DNA from: an uncultured Methanosarcinales archaeon | GTDB taxonomy: Archaea; Nanobdellota; Nanobdellia; Woesearchaeales; ARS49 | Assembly: GCA_964358315.1 (NCBI GenBank) | Contig: CAYHOF010000003.1 | Coordinates: 3,337 to 67,336, forward strand | Length of the DNA stretch: 64,000 bases | Direction of reading: 5' to 3' | Part shown: in pieces, positions 51,062-60,667 of the stretch | Layout of the letters: each line of letters opens with the position of its first letter | Position numbering within the stretch: position 1 is the stretch's first letter | Program-made: the position numbers and the translations under genes | The notes under the pieces: model-generated | Database searches by the model: none | Told to the model about the DNA's origin: nothing | The model's input: the letters and a program-made list of their open reading frames with translations, nothing else

Positions 51062-51520
51062 TCACTTGATGATGTTGCGTCGGCGCAGGATCTCCTTGAA
51101 CTTGTCGAAGTCCGGCGATGCCTTGATCTGCGCGAGCGCTTCGGGGTCCGCCATCTTGAGGAAGGAGAGTGAGATGCGTGCGACTTCCTTGAGGTCGTCG
51201 TCGGCGACAGGCGCTGCTTCGACGACGGTCTCTTGTACGGATTGCTGTTGCGCGTTCTCGTCCGAGAACCAGCGCGAGAACCATCCCTTTTTTTGTTCTG
51301 TGGTTTCTTCCATGGTGTCCTGTTCCTCGACGGTCTGCGTGACCTGTTCCTGGACGGGCTGCGCAGGCGTTTCCTCGTACGGCTTGACGTGCGGGTGCGT
51401 GCTCACGGTCATTTGTTCCCCTTTGCTGAAGAGTCCGAACAGTCCGCCGCCCTTGCGCTTGGACGCGATGTAGTCATCGAGGTCGCGCGAGATCTCTTTT
51501 TGGCGGACGTCCGTATCCAT
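51062..51520 (-). CDS. hypothetical acidic, probably disordered protein
   Basis: A 152-aa E/Q/T-rich ORF whose ATG lies about 27 nt from the TATA box at 51543-51552. No motif recognised. Confidence 0.45.
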   Translation of the reverse strand: MDTDVRQKEISRDLDDYIASKRKGGGLFGLFSKGEQMTVSTHPHVKPYEETPAQPVQEQVTQTVEEQDTMEETTEQKKGWFSRWFSDENAQQQSVQETVVEAAPVADDDLKEVARISLSFLKMADPEALAQIKASPDFDKFKEILRRRNIIK

Positions 51521-51542
51521 ACTTCACCCGGGAGTGGTACGC

Positions 51543-51552
51543 CTATAAATAA
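51543..51552. promoter_or_regulatory. TATA box in divergent intergenic region
   Basis: CTATAAATAA is centred about 27 nt from the minus-strand ATG at 51520. A second box, TTTTTATA (51570-51577), lies about 26 nt upstream of the plus-strand ATG at 51600. Confidence 0.45.
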
Positions 51553-51599
51553 CTTATGCCGGCACAATGTTTTTATACCCGCCGACGAAGAAGCAGGGC

Positions 51600-53180
51600 A
51601 TGAAGAGAGGTGTGCTGGTTCGTCTGTTCCTAATGGTCGCAGCCGTATGCGTGTTCGCCGCCAGCGTGAGTGCGCTCAACGCCAGCGTAGGCACGTACAA
51701 GAAGCTCGCAGGCGAGAACTGGACGGTGGATGGGTTCGACATGTCCATCATCCAGCGCGAGGAGATCGACGAGGACTTCATCTACGTGCGGTTCGGCAAC
51801 ATCACACAGGACATGCACCTGCATGACTGCACGCACTTCTACAACTACCAGGTGTGCTTCACGAACACCACGCTCGAGGCCGCGTTCAACAAGACGCTCA
51901 AGACGACGCCGTATACCTACTGGCTCAAGATCACGGCAGACCTCGCGAAGGTCGCCATCACGACGACAGTGGAGCCCAAGGTCCTCTTCGTGGGCGAGAC
52001 GACGGACGTCGCCATAGGCGTGCGCAACACCGGCTCGATTGCCATCACCGACCTTGACTTCACGGTCAACACCGCGGGCTTCGAGGTCGAGACGCTGCGC
52101 GGGCCGTGTGTCGCAACCGACAGCACACTTGCATACACCGGCATGTTGCGAGTCGACGAGCTCTTCACGTGCGACCTCACGATGCGTTCGCTCAACGCCA
52201 CGAAGCTGGTGTTGCGCGGCATCGCCAACTTCACCGACGGACGCAAGCGGGTGGTGACGCTCGGGCCAGGGCTCACGATCGAGAGCAAGGGCAGCCCTAT
52301 GTGGCTCTCGTTCGCGAACGCGACAGGCAGGGTCGGCCAGCGCGTGCGCGGCACCATCAACCTCAACAACACGTTCGGACAGAGCACCACGACGCTCAAA
52401 GGCACGCTCAGTGCGCCCTTGCCGCTCAATGGCACGATCGTCTTCGACGAGACATTGGGTGCGGGCAAAAGCACGAGCACGGCGTTCACGATGAACCTGA
52501 CGCGCAGTGGCAACCACACGTTGCGCATCAAGGGCATGCGCAGCGCGCTTAGCGAGACGGCGTCGATCGACTACACGACGGTGTTCCGCGTGCTGCCCCC
52601 GCGCGTCACGCTCAAGACGTTCGGACGGCACACCATCCAGAACGGCGCGACGGCCAGCCTCATCCTCGAGGTGGAGAACGGCCAGGACGCGACGTTGCGC
52701 AACGTCAGCGTGCGTGTCAGCGCGCAGAACCTGACGCTTCCTCCTGGCGGCTTCACGACAGACCTCGCGCTCGGTGAGAACGAGGAATTCTACAGCCAGG
52801 AATTCGGCGTACCATCCAATGACACGACGGTCGCCGTCCTTGTCGAGCTGTCCTACGCGTCAGAGTACGGCGAACAGTTCACGCAAGAAGACAACGTGAC
52901 GATCACGGTCGGCACGCCGTCCAGGCGTCCAGTGCCGCCCGCACGGACGCCCACGCCTCCGAAGAACGTGACGCAAACAGCGCCGCCAGTCACCCAAAAA
53001 ACCGCGTCACCAACGAATGTCTCCCAGAAGGAGCCTCCCTTGTTCTCGCCCACAGTTGCCAACATCGTTCTCGCGGCCACGATCGCGGGCATCCTTGTGG
53101 GCTGCGTCGCGTGGCTCTTGAGCCAGCGCGGCAAGCCGCCGGTGAACCAGAACGACGTGTATGAGGAAGAGGAGTCCTAG
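51600..53180 (+). CDS. candidate S-layer / cell-surface glycoprotein
   Basis: I start it at MKRGVLVRLFLMVAAVCVFAASVSA (signal peptide). It has more than 15 NxS/T sequons, a CARDB-like segment (VGETTDVAIGVRNTGSIAITDLDFTV), a Pro/Thr-rich stalk (PVPPARTPTPPKNVTQTAPPVTQKTASP), and a C-terminal TM anchor. Confidence 0.65.
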   Translation: MKRGVLVRLFLMVAAVCVFAASVSALNASVGTYKKLAGENWTVDGFDMSIIQREEIDEDFIYVRFGNITQDMHLHDCTHFYNYQVCFTNTTLEAAFNKTLKTTPYTYWLKITADLAKVAITTTVEPKVLFVGETTDVAIGVRNTGSIAITDLDFTVNTAGFEVETLRGPCVATDSTLAYTGMLRVDELFTCDLTMRSLNATKLVLRGIANFTDGRKRVVTLGPGLTIESKGSPMWLSFANATGRVGQRVRGTINLNNTFGQSTTTLKGTLSAPLPLNGTIVFDETLGAGKSTSTAFTMNLTRSGNHTLRIKGMRSALSETASIDYTTVFRVLPPRVTLKTFGRHTIQNGATASLILEVENGQDATLRNVSVRVSAQNLTLPPGGFTTDLALGENEEFYSQEFGVPSNDTTVAVLVELSYASEYGEQFTQEDNVTITVGTPSRRPVPPARTPTPPKNVTQTAPPVTQKTASPTNVSQKEPPLFSPTVANIVLAATIAGILVGCVAWLLSQRGKPPVNQNDVYEEEES

Positions 53181-53186
53181 TCAAGG

Positions 53187-53194
53187 TTTTTAAA
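53187..53194 (+). promoter_or_regulatory. TATA box for the RecB-like nuclease gene (leaderless spacing)
   Basis: TTTTTAAA is centred about 26 nt upstream of the ATG at 53217. Confidence 0.5.
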
Positions 53195-53216
53195 GCGCGT
53201 CGGATGACGTATCGTT

Positions 53217-54641
53217 ATGCCCCGTCGTATCACTGCGCAGATGGTGTACTGGCTCGCACGCGAGCCGTTCATGGTGTGGTGCGAGCTCTTCGCGCCGCAG
53301 GCAGAGAAGGAGCCGTATTCTGCCTTCACGCAGCAGATCATGCGTTTGGGTGTCGCATTCGAGCAGGCGTACACGGGCACGCTGGGCACGGCGTCCCATG
53401 TTGACTTTCGCGGCATCGACGACGGGTTCGCGAAGACGAAAGAGTTGCTCGCGCAAGGCGCGCCGCTCATCGCAGGCATGCCGCTCGTGGACGACGAGCT
53501 CGCGCTTGAAGGCATTCCTGACGTGCTTTTCAAGAAGACGACGCACAAGTCCGTGTTCGGCAAGTTCCATTACGTCGTGCAGGAAGTGAAGTCGTCACGT
53601 GAGGTCAAGGAGGAGCACGTCCTGCAGGCTACCATATACCATTTGTTGTTGAGCAGGCTGCAGGGCTACGAGCCGCTGCAGTTCTCGATCGTCACGCGCA
53701 ACGAGGACGGCACCGCGAAAGAGACCAAGTTCGCGTTCAAGGAGTATGAGAAGAAGCTCATGGCCGCAATTCATGTCATCCAAACAATCATGGACGGCAC
53801 GCTCGTCCCGCCTCCGAACGTGAAGAACTGCGAGGAGCCCTGGATCGGGTCCTGCCTCAGGAAGGCCAAGGAAATCGACGACATCAGTCTCGTGGCGAAC
53901 GTGGGCACGGACAAACAGACACTCCTGCGGCAGGCAGGCATCACCACCGCAGCACGACTCGCGCAGGCCAGGGGACCTGTCGAGGGCATCCCTGACACCA
54001 AGCTCGAGCAGTTGCGCAAGTGCGCGCAGGCGTACAAGCGCGGCGAATCGTTCTTGCTGCAGCCCGCCCGTCTTCCTGATGCGGCCACCGAGCTCTATCT
54101 CGATTTTGAAGGTGTCGAGGTGGACGGCGTCAAGCGCGAATATGTCGTGGGCATCCTCGAGCGCACGGCCGGCAAGGACGCCTTCCATTCGTTCGTCGCA
54201 AAGACGCCCAAAGAGGAGGGGAAGATGTTCAAGAGAGCGCTCGCACTCCTGCAGCAGCATCCTGACGCGCCGATCTTCCATTACGCGGCGTACGAGAAGA
54301 CCGCGATCAAGGAGCTTGTGGCGCGCTACCGTCTCGACCCTGCGATCGCCAAGGCCATCACGAACCGCATGACCGACTTGTTGCAGGTGTGCAGGCGTTG
54401 CGTGGCGCCCGCCACCTCCACGTTCCGGCTCAAGGAGTTCGGCAAGGCGCTTGGCGCGACGTGGCGGGAGGGCATGAATGCCAAGGAATCCATGGCGCTC
54501 TACGAGGAGTTCCAGCAGGCGCAGGACGAGAACGTGCTGCAGAAAATCGTTGATTATAACGAGGATGACGTGCGCGCGATGGTCGTGCTTAAGGACTGGC
54601 TTGTCGAACAAAGCCGGAAATTCTCACAGGACAAAGCGTGA
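53217..54641 (+). CDS. RecB-family (PD-(D/E)xK) nuclease fused to an RNase H-like domain, TM0106-like
   Basis: N-terminal PD-(D/E)xK pattern (GIPDVLF...YVVQEVKSS...QATIYHLLL), a central HhH-like region, and a C-terminal LYLDFEG...YNEDDVRA pattern typical of the exonuclease-like half of this family. Confidence 0.7.
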   Translation: MPRRITAQMVYWLAREPFMVWCELFAPQAEKEPYSAFTQQIMRLGVAFEQAYTGTLGTASHVDFRGIDDGFAKTKELLAQGAPLIAGMPLVDDELALEGIPDVLFKKTTHKSVFGKFHYVVQEVKSSREVKEEHVLQATIYHLLLSRLQGYEPLQFSIVTRNEDGTAKETKFAFKEYEKKLMAAIHVIQTIMDGTLVPPPNVKNCEEPWIGSCLRKAKEIDDISLVANVGTDKQTLLRQAGITTAARLAQARGPVEGIPDTKLEQLRKCAQAYKRGESFLLQPARLPDAATELYLDFEGVEVDGVKREYVVGILERTAGKDAFHSFVAKTPKEEGKMFKRALALLQQHPDAPIFHYAAYEKTAIKELVARYRLDPAIAKAITNRMTDLLQVCRRCVAPATSTFRLKEFGKALGATWREGMNAKESMALYEEFQQAQDENVLQKIVDYNEDDVRAMVVLKDWLVEQSRKFSQDKA

Positions 54642-54768
54642 TTCTTTCGCCGCAGTGTTTATCAGCAAGGCATTGGTGTTTTACGCCTTGACGAACGGTT
54701 GACGCCCTCCACTTCCCACACGACATGCCTGCGCAAACCATGTCAAGGATGACGTCATCGACGATGCC

Positions 54769-54996
54769 ATGGTACAACAATGGCTCAAGCGGATGTGGGA
54801 CGAGGCACAAGAAGAGAAGATCGCGTTCATCAAGAACGTGTCGGACATCGAAGTACGCTACCTGCGCAAATACAAGCTCACCAAGAAAGATGCGGGTTTC
54901 GTCTGGCTTGACGAACTCCTGATCGGCATCGAGGTCAAGGAAGGCCGCAACAAACGCGTGCTGTACGACGACGAGCTCACCGACGGGCATAAATAG
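54769..54996 (+). CDS. hypothetical 75-aa protein
   Basis: This is the only ATG-initiated ORF with normal K/E/L composition in the gap. The frame is closed by a TGA at 54700. No motif recognised. Confidence 0.35.
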   Translation: MVQQWLKRMWDEAQEEKIAFIKNVSDIEVRYLRKYKLTKKDAGFVWLDELLIGIEVKEGRNKRVLYDDELTDGHK

Positions 54997-55017
54997 GCGC
55001 GCCCGCTCGTTCGGTGC

Positions 55018-55464
55018 ATGGGATTCATCACGCGGCTGCTCGGCAGGATGTTCGGGCTCGAGCAGTTCGGACGGATCGTGCTCACGCAGGACGCCACCAC
55101 GCAGGTCGTGGGGTTCGCGCGGCGCGCGCACCCGAACGAGTTCAGCGCGCTGCTTGGCGGCAGCATACGCGACAAGACGCTGTACTTGACCCACATCATC
55201 TACCAGCACTTCGAGGCGACGGAGCGCAGCGCCACCATGCACATCGACACGCCCGTGACTGCTGGCGCGCGAGGCACGGTGCACAGCCATCCGAGCCACG
55301 ACAACCTTCCGAGCGCGGCTGACAAGCGGTTCTTCAACAAGTACAGCATGCCCAACTTCATCATCGCACACCCGTACCTGCCCTCCACGATCGCGTGCTA
55401 TGATGGTTACGGCCGGCCGTTATCATTCACGCTTGTGGGGAAGCACAAAACATATAATCGGTAA
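55018..55464 (+). CDS. JAB/MPN (JAMM) metalloprotease domain protein
   Basis: EFSALLGG (the Glu of the JAMM motif) and GTVHSHPSHDNLPSAADK (H-x-H-x7-S-x2-D). Confidence 0.8.
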   Translation: MGFITRLLGRMFGLEQFGRIVLTQDATTQVVGFARRAHPNEFSALLGGSIRDKTLYLTHIIYQHFEATERSATMHIDTPVTAGARGTVHSHPSHDNLPSAADKRFFNKYSMPNFIIAHPYLPSTIACYDGYGRPLSFTLVGKHKTYNR

Positions 55465-55480
55465 CTGAAACCGCAACCGC

Positions 55481-55909
55481 ATGGGTGAGAGGCCGAAAGT
55501 GGGTGTGGGCGTCGTCATTTTCAAGGGCGACAAGGTGTTGATGCACCGTCGCAGGGGCGCGCATGGCGCGGGCAAGTGGTCGTTCCTCGGCGGCCACATG
55601 GAGCACGGTGAGGAGCCGCACCAGACCGCGATGCGCGAGGCAGAAGAAGAGGCCAGGATCGCCATCAAGGACTGCCGGCTCATCGGCGTCACCAATGATA
55701 TCATGCCTGAAGGCAAGCATTACATCACGCTCTTCGTCGCGGCGCAATGGGCGTCGGGCGAGCCTGTCGCAGGGGACGAATCGACCGACCTGCAATGGAT
55801 GGACCCGACCACGATGCCCAGCCCGCTCTTCCCGCCCGTCGAGAAGCTCATCGACGGCAGGATTTACCCGAACCAGGACGTGTGGAACGAGCTTCTCGCA
55901 CAACGCTGA
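55481..55909 (+). CDS. NUDIX hydrolase (MutT-like)
   Basis: Nudix box GGHMEHGEEPHQTAMREAEEEARI. Confidence 0.85.
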   Translation: MGERPKVGVGVVIFKGDKVLMHRRRGAHGAGKWSFLGGHMEHGEEPHQTAMREAEEEARIAIKDCRLIGVTNDIMPEGKHYITLFVAAQWASGEPVAGDESTDLQWMDPTTMPSPLFPPVEKLIDGRIYPNQDVWNELLAQR

Positions 55910-55927
55910 TCCATCACAAAACGCTGA

Positions 55928-56842
55928 TCACTTGTCCGGGTGCGTTTCGGCGTACGGACGGTCGAATTTCTCTTTGAGGTCGGCGAAGAACACCATGGAC
56001 GTGCGCGCGATGTCAGGCGCGACGTACGGGGCCCCGTCCACGCGCACGATGTCATGCCATGCAGGCTCGAGCCCGAGCGCGGCCATGCGTTCCTTGAGGC
56101 CGAGGCTCACGAAGATCAACGCCTCGCCAGGCAGGCGTTCCTTGACGAGCGCGATGGAATCCTTGTCGCGGCCGATGCGCAGTCCAGGACCGCTCTCGTC
56201 GATGGCGAGCGTGATGCAGCCTCGGTCGTAGTGGGGTTTGCCCAGCGTCGCAGCAGGATGGTACGCGATGAAGCGCAAAAAGAAGTACGGATCGCCGCCC
56301 GGGAACATCGCCGCCGAAAAACCAGGAAGGTCATGCTCGATCTCGGCCGCAAGGTCCGTGATCGTGCGGGTGGCTGCTTTGTGCACGACCGCTGCCGCAT
56401 CGAGGAACGTCCGTGCCTGCACACCACCATGACGCAGGGCATCAACGACACGCCGTTGCGCCTCGAAGGGCGTGAGCCGCTGGTAGAGGTCGTCGCCTTT
56501 CTTGTGCACGCCGTCGTCCTGGACGTACTTGCCGACCACGACGCCAAGGTCAGGACATGCCTCGAGCGAAGCGAGGTCTTCCAATGACGCGTGATAATGG
56601 AAGTGTTCTTTCGCGTCGGTCTCGCCTTTCGTGGGCGTGCTGAACTTGTAGCCGACCAAGCCCCCGCCGTCGTTCTTGAGGGAATAGCAGAGCGGGTCCT
56701 TGACGTTGCGTGGGAGCGTGAGGAATTGAAGGAACGCCTCACGGGCGTGCAGGATCGCGTCCGTGTCCAGCCCGAACGGGATGGTGCTGTAGTGTCGCTC
56801 GCGCATGTCCGCTTTGATTCTCTGCCACTGCCCTCTTTGCAT
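55928..56842 (-). CDS. 2-oxoglutarate/Fe(II)-dependent oxygenase superfamily protein
   Basis: HxD...H...RxS arrangement: KPHYDRGCITLAIDESGPGLRI, then AWHDIVRV, then ARTSMVFFADL. Confidence 0.6.
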   Translation of the reverse strand: MQRGQWQRIKADMRERHYSTIPFGLDTDAILHAREAFLQFLTLPRNVKDPLCYSLKNDGGGLVGYKFSTPTKGETDAKEHFHYHASLEDLASLEACPDLGVVVGKYVQDDGVHKKGDDLYQRLTPFEAQRRVVDALRHGGVQARTFLDAAAVVHKAATRTITDLAAEIEHDLPGFSAAMFPGGDPYFFLRFIAYHPAATLGKPHYDRGCITLAIDESGPGLRIGRDKDSIALVKERLPGEALIFVSLGLKERMAALGLEPAWHDIVRVDGAPYVAPDIARTSMVFFADLKEKFDRPYAETHPDK

Positions 56843-56942
56843 AGTGTGCGCTGCGAGGGAATCGTCTTTTAACGATTACCACACTGCAGCACATGCTTGC
56901 AAGACCATATCATGGTGCCCACGCGGTTGGGGTTCGCAAAAC

Positions 56943-56950
56943 ATTAATAA
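56943..56950 (+). promoter_or_regulatory. TATA-like box for the second Nudix gene (leaderless spacing)
   Basis: ATTAATAA is centred about 26 nt upstream of the ATG at 56973. Confidence 0.4.
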
Positions 56951-56972
56951 CCGTCCCTGTCATCGGAACAGC

Positions 56973-57389
56973 ATGGCAAAAGAGGTCAGCGCAGGCGGCG
57001 TCATCTTCCGCGTCGTGGAGGGCGAACGCAAATACCTGCTCCTGCACTACAACTACGTCAAGCCGCACTGGGACTTCCCGAAAGGCAAGATCGAGAAAGG
57101 CGAGCAGCCAGTCGAGACCGCGCGGCGCGAGATCAAGGAAGAGACCGGCATCACCGATATCAGGTTCGTCGAGGGCTTCCAGGACACCGTGCACTATTTT
57201 TTCACGCGCGACAACGAGACTATCAGCAAGGACGTCATCTATTTCGTCGCCGAGACCAGGCAACAGGACGTCACGCTCTCCAAAGAGCACATCGGCTACA
57301 TCTGGCTCGGCTACGAGTCCGCGCTCAAGCGCCTGAGCTTCAAGAACAGCCAGGACGTGCTCAAGAAAGCAGAAGCATTCATCGCATGA
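56973..57389 (+). CDS. NUDIX hydrolase (Ap4A-hydrolase-like)
   Basis: I start it at MAKEVSAGGVIF (residue 57 of the track ORF). Nudix box PKGKIEKGEQPVETARREIKEETGI. The stop overlaps the polX start. Confidence 0.85.
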   Translation: MAKEVSAGGVIFRVVEGERKYLLLHYNYVKPHWDFPKGKIEKGEQPVETARREIKEETGITDIRFVEGFQDTVHYFFTRDNETISKDVIYFVAETRQQDVTLSKEHIGYIWLGYESALKRLSFKNSQDVLKKAEAFIA

Positions 57390-59107
57390 ACAACCAACGG
57401 TTCGCCGCACTGCTGTACGAACTCGCCGACCTGCAGGACATCCAAGGCGTCGCGTGGAAGCCCATCGCGCTGCGCAAGGCTGCTCGCACGATCGAGACGC
57501 TCAAGGACGACATCAAGGACATCTATGCAAAGGGCGGCATCGACGCGCTCATGGAAATCCCTAGCGTGGGACAAGGCATTGCGAGCAAGGCAGTGCAGTT
57601 CCTCGAAAAAGGCACGTTCGATGAGCTCGAGCGCACGCGCAAGCAGCTGCCCAAGGGCATCGTCGACTTGATGACAGTGCGCGGCGTCGGGCCCAAGAGC
57701 GTCAAGGTGCTCTACGCGAAGCTCAAGATAAAGACGCTCGACGAGCTGGAGAAGGCAGCGTCTGCCGGCAAGATACAGAAGCTCAAAGGTTTTGGCGTCA
57801 AGAGCGAACAGGAGATCCTCGAGGGAGTCAAGCTCCGGCGTAAAGGGCAGGAACGCCAGCTCCTTGGCGTCGCGCTGCCCATTGCGCGCGAGATCGAAGC
57901 CATCCTCAAAAAGGTCAAGGGTGTCTCGGCTGTCGTGATCGGTGGCAGCGTGCGACGCCGCAGGGAGACGGTCAAGGACATCGACATCCTCGCGATCGCG
58001 AAGGACTCCAAAGCCGCCATGCAGGCGTTCACGTCGCTGCCGAACGTCGTCAAGATCACAGGCAAGGGCGACACGAAGTCGAGCGTCATCCTTGAAGAGG
58101 GCCTCACTGCGGACCTGCGCGTGGTGCCGCAGAAAAGTTTCGGCGCGGCGTTGCAGTATTTCACTGGCAGCGTCGACCATAACGTGCGCGTGCGGCAAGC
58201 CGCGCTCAAGAAGGGATTGACGCTCAACGAGTACGGGCTCTTCACGCTCAAAGGGAAAAAGTACGTGTGCGGCAAGGACGAGCACGAAATCTACAAGCGG
58301 CTCGGCCTTCCCTTTGTCGATCCTGAGATGCGCGAGAACAGCGGCGAGCTCGAGCTCAAACACACACCAGACCTCATTCCGTACGGAACGCTCAAGGGCG
58401 ACTTGCACATGCACACGATCTGGAGCGACGGCGCCACCACACCTGAGACGATGGTGCGGGCAGCGCGCGCGCTCGGCTATCAGTACATCGCAATCACCGA
58501 CCATTCCAAGAGTGAGGTGCAAGCGAACGGTATGGATGAGAAACGCCTGCTCAAGTACATCGCGGAGATCCGCGCGCTGCAGAAAAAGCACAAGGACATC
58601 AAGATATTCGTCGGCAGCGAGGTGGACATCCTCACCGACGGCTCGCTGGACTACAGCGACAAGCTCCTCGCGCAGCTCGACATCGTGGTCGCCAGCGTGC
58701 ATTCCGGCTTCACGATGGAAGAGCAGAAGATGACCAAACGCATCTTGAGCGCGCTCGAGAACGAGCACGTCACGATCCTAGGCCATCCGACAGGACGCCT
58801 CATCAACCAGCGCCCGCCACTGAAGTTTGACGTCGACGCAGTGTTCAAGGCAGCGAAAGAGAACGGCGTGCTGCTCGAGATCAACAGCAACCCGCCGCGC
58901 CTCGACCTGCCTGACTTCCTCTGCCGCAAGGCGAAAGAGTTGGGCTGCAGGTTCGTGGTGGGCACCGACAGCCATCATCCTGACCAGCTGCACTACCACG
59001 AGTACGGCGTCGCGACAGCACGCAGGGGCTGGCTTGAAGCAAAAGACGTGATCAACACACTACCCCTTAAGAAGTTCGAGAAGGCGTTGGGAACAAAACT
59101 GAAATAG
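57386..59107 (+). CDS. polX: family X DNA polymerase with C-terminal PHP domain
   Basis: HhH motifs (GVGPKSV, GFGVKSE), nucleotidyltransferase GGSVRRRRETVKDIDILA, and PHP motifs GDLHMHTIWSDG, AITDHS and VASVHS. Confidence 0.9.
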   Translation: MNNQRFAALLYELADLQDIQGVAWKPIALRKAARTIETLKDDIKDIYAKGGIDALMEIPSVGQGIASKAVQFLEKGTFDELERTRKQLPKGIVDLMTVRGVGPKSVKVLYAKLKIKTLDELEKAASAGKIQKLKGFGVKSEQEILEGVKLRRKGQERQLLGVALPIAREIEAILKKVKGVSAVVIGGSVRRRRETVKDIDILAIAKDSKAAMQAFTSLPNVVKITGKGDTKSSVILEEGLTADLRVVPQKSFGAALQYFTGSVDHNVRVRQAALKKGLTLNEYGLFTLKGKKYVCGKDEHEIYKRLGLPFVDPEMRENSGELELKHTPDLIPYGTLKGDLHMHTIWSDGATTPETMVRAARALGYQYIAITDHSKSEVQANGMDEKRLLKYIAEIRALQKKHKDIKIFVGSEVDILTDGSLDYSDKLLAQLDIVVASVHSGFTMEEQKMTKRILSALENEHVTILGHPTGRLINQRPPLKFDVDAVFKAAKENGVLLEINSNPPRLDLPDFLCRKAKELGCRFVVGTDSHHPDQLHYHEYGVATARRGWLEAKDVINTLPLKKFEKALGTKLK

Positions 59108-59145
59108 ACAAGGAATGATTTTAATACTGCGCGGCGTATGAGGGG

Positions 59146-60042
59146 ATGATGAATTGGATCATCAACGGCCTCATCGGTCTGTTTTTCTATGGAGTATTTG
59201 GGATCGCGAATAAATTCTCAAGCGCGAGCGACATCTACGCGGCGAACACCATCGTCCAGGCAGCGTTCTTCGTAGGCGTTTTGGTGATCTTCGCGATCGG
59301 CCGACGACGGCTACGGTGGTCGCTGGATGCGCTGTGTGCCGGCATTGTAGGGTCGCTCGGGACATGGATCGTGCTCGCAGCGCTGGCGGAAAATCAACTC
59401 ATCATCGTGTACCCATTCGTCGCGCTCTCGAGCATCGTGTTCATCGTGGTGAATGCCATTGTTTACAAGGTGTCATACACAGGAAGAAAACTCGTCTGGC
59501 TCCTTGCAGGCCTGGCGCTGGGCTGTGCCGGCGTCTTCTTCGCGGCAGTGGGTGGCTCTGGAGGACTGACGTCCTTCATCGCGACGTTCCAGCTCAACAT
59601 GCTCTTGCTTGTAGAAGGCATAAGTGTCATGATTTCGTGGGGGCTGCTCGCGTTTTTCTGGATGCGCGCAAGGGTGGTACGTCGGCATGATGAATACACG
59701 ACGCTGGTGTGGTCGGGCGTGGGCTCGCTTGGTGTGGCGTTGCTGATGCTCGCAGTGCATCCGTCAAGCATCGCCGCGCTACAACCACAAACAGCACCGA
59801 TTGTCGGAGGTTTTTCTCTCGTCATCGCGTCGTTCTTCATGCTACGGGCGTTCGGTCTGACGCAAACCACGTCGTCCGTCAAGAACGTCATACTCGCACT
59901 CTTGACCAACGGCGAGATCATCCCTGTCACCATCTTCGCGCTGATCGTGTTGCGTGAATATTCATTGGAGGGCCTCATCGGCGTGAGTGCCAGCATCCTA
60001 GGAATCATCGTGCTCAACGTGGCAGACGCAGTGAAGGCATAG
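59146..60042 (+). CDS. DMT-superfamily (EamA-like) membrane protein
   Basis: About 10 TM helices arranged as two similar halves. No catalytic motifs. Confidence 0.55.
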   Translation: MMNWIINGLIGLFFYGVFGIANKFSSASDIYAANTIVQAAFFVGVLVIFAIGRRRLRWSLDALCAGIVGSLGTWIVLAALAENQLIIVYPFVALSSIVFIVVNAIVYKVSYTGRKLVWLLAGLALGCAGVFFAAVGGSGGLTSFIATFQLNMLLLVEGISVMISWGLLAFFWMRARVVRRHDEYTTLVWSGVGSLGVALLMLAVHPSSIAALQPQTAPIVGGFSLVIASFFMLRAFGLTQTTSSVKNVILALLTNGEIIPVTIFALIVLREYSLEGLIGVSASILGIIVLNVADAVKA

Positions 60043-60526
60043 ATCTGATGCGGGCCGTGATCTCTCGTGTGACAGTATCGACGGATTTCCCCACAGTGTC
60101 TATCGACACGCCATGGTTCTTGCGTGATGCAAGAGCGTGCACGGCAGCGACAGCCGCGACAGTCATCTTCCGTGCACGCATGTTGTTCCGTCGCACACAT
60201 TCATCCAACGGCGCATGCAATGAGAAGATGAACAATTGGCATGCCATACGTTGTCTGATGTTCTTGACCTGCTCATCACGATAGAAGCACCCATCCAAGA
60301 TGACAGGTCCTTTGCGGAGTTGTCGTTCGAGCAGCGGCATGATGATGTTGTTTGCTTTGATGAAATTCCTTGTGGGGATCCCTTCGCCATCAATGATGTC
60401 GAGGCCGTGCCTTCGCAGGATCGTATCGAATGAGAATCGTTTCCCCTTCAGTGCGGTGGCGACCTTTCTGGATACCGCTGACTTGCCCACCCCGGCGGGT
60501 CCACGGATGATGACAACATAGCTCAT
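60014..60526 (-). CDS. P-loop kinase-like protein (AAA_33-like)
   Basis: I start it at MSYVVIIRGPAGVGKSAVS (Walker A), residue 33 of the track ORF. Its 3' end overlaps the convergent membrane protein gene by 29 nt. Confidence 0.6.
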   Translation of the reverse strand: MSYVVIIRGPAGVGKSAVSRKVATALKGKRFSFDTILRRHGLDIIDGEGIPTRNFIKANNIIMPLLERQLRKGPVILDGCFYRDEQVKNIRQRMACQLFIFSLHAPLDECVRRNNMRARKMTVAAVAAVHALASRKNHGVSIDTVGKSVDTVTREITARIRSMPSLRLPR

Positions 60527-60667
60527 GGAGAACCACGAGCGCAGTGCATACTTAAACTCATCTTGGTTGTCCAAACCAAAATATTGTTTTATATAGAAAC
60601 TAATTCTTTGTCTCCTCGACAAACCGATTCACAAGTCTTATTAAAGCAGGAATTGCGGCAAAACAAC

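Noticed and set aside
57311-58768. A 485-aa minus-strand ORF opposite polX. The same issue applies to 17578-18948 opposite the MFS gene, 4397-5596 opposite the coiled-coil gene, and 34817-35977 opposite the giant gene.
   Set aside because: In every case the other strand has clear family motifs or structural logic. These are long open antisense frames, which are expected in GC-rich or repeat-rich coding DNA.
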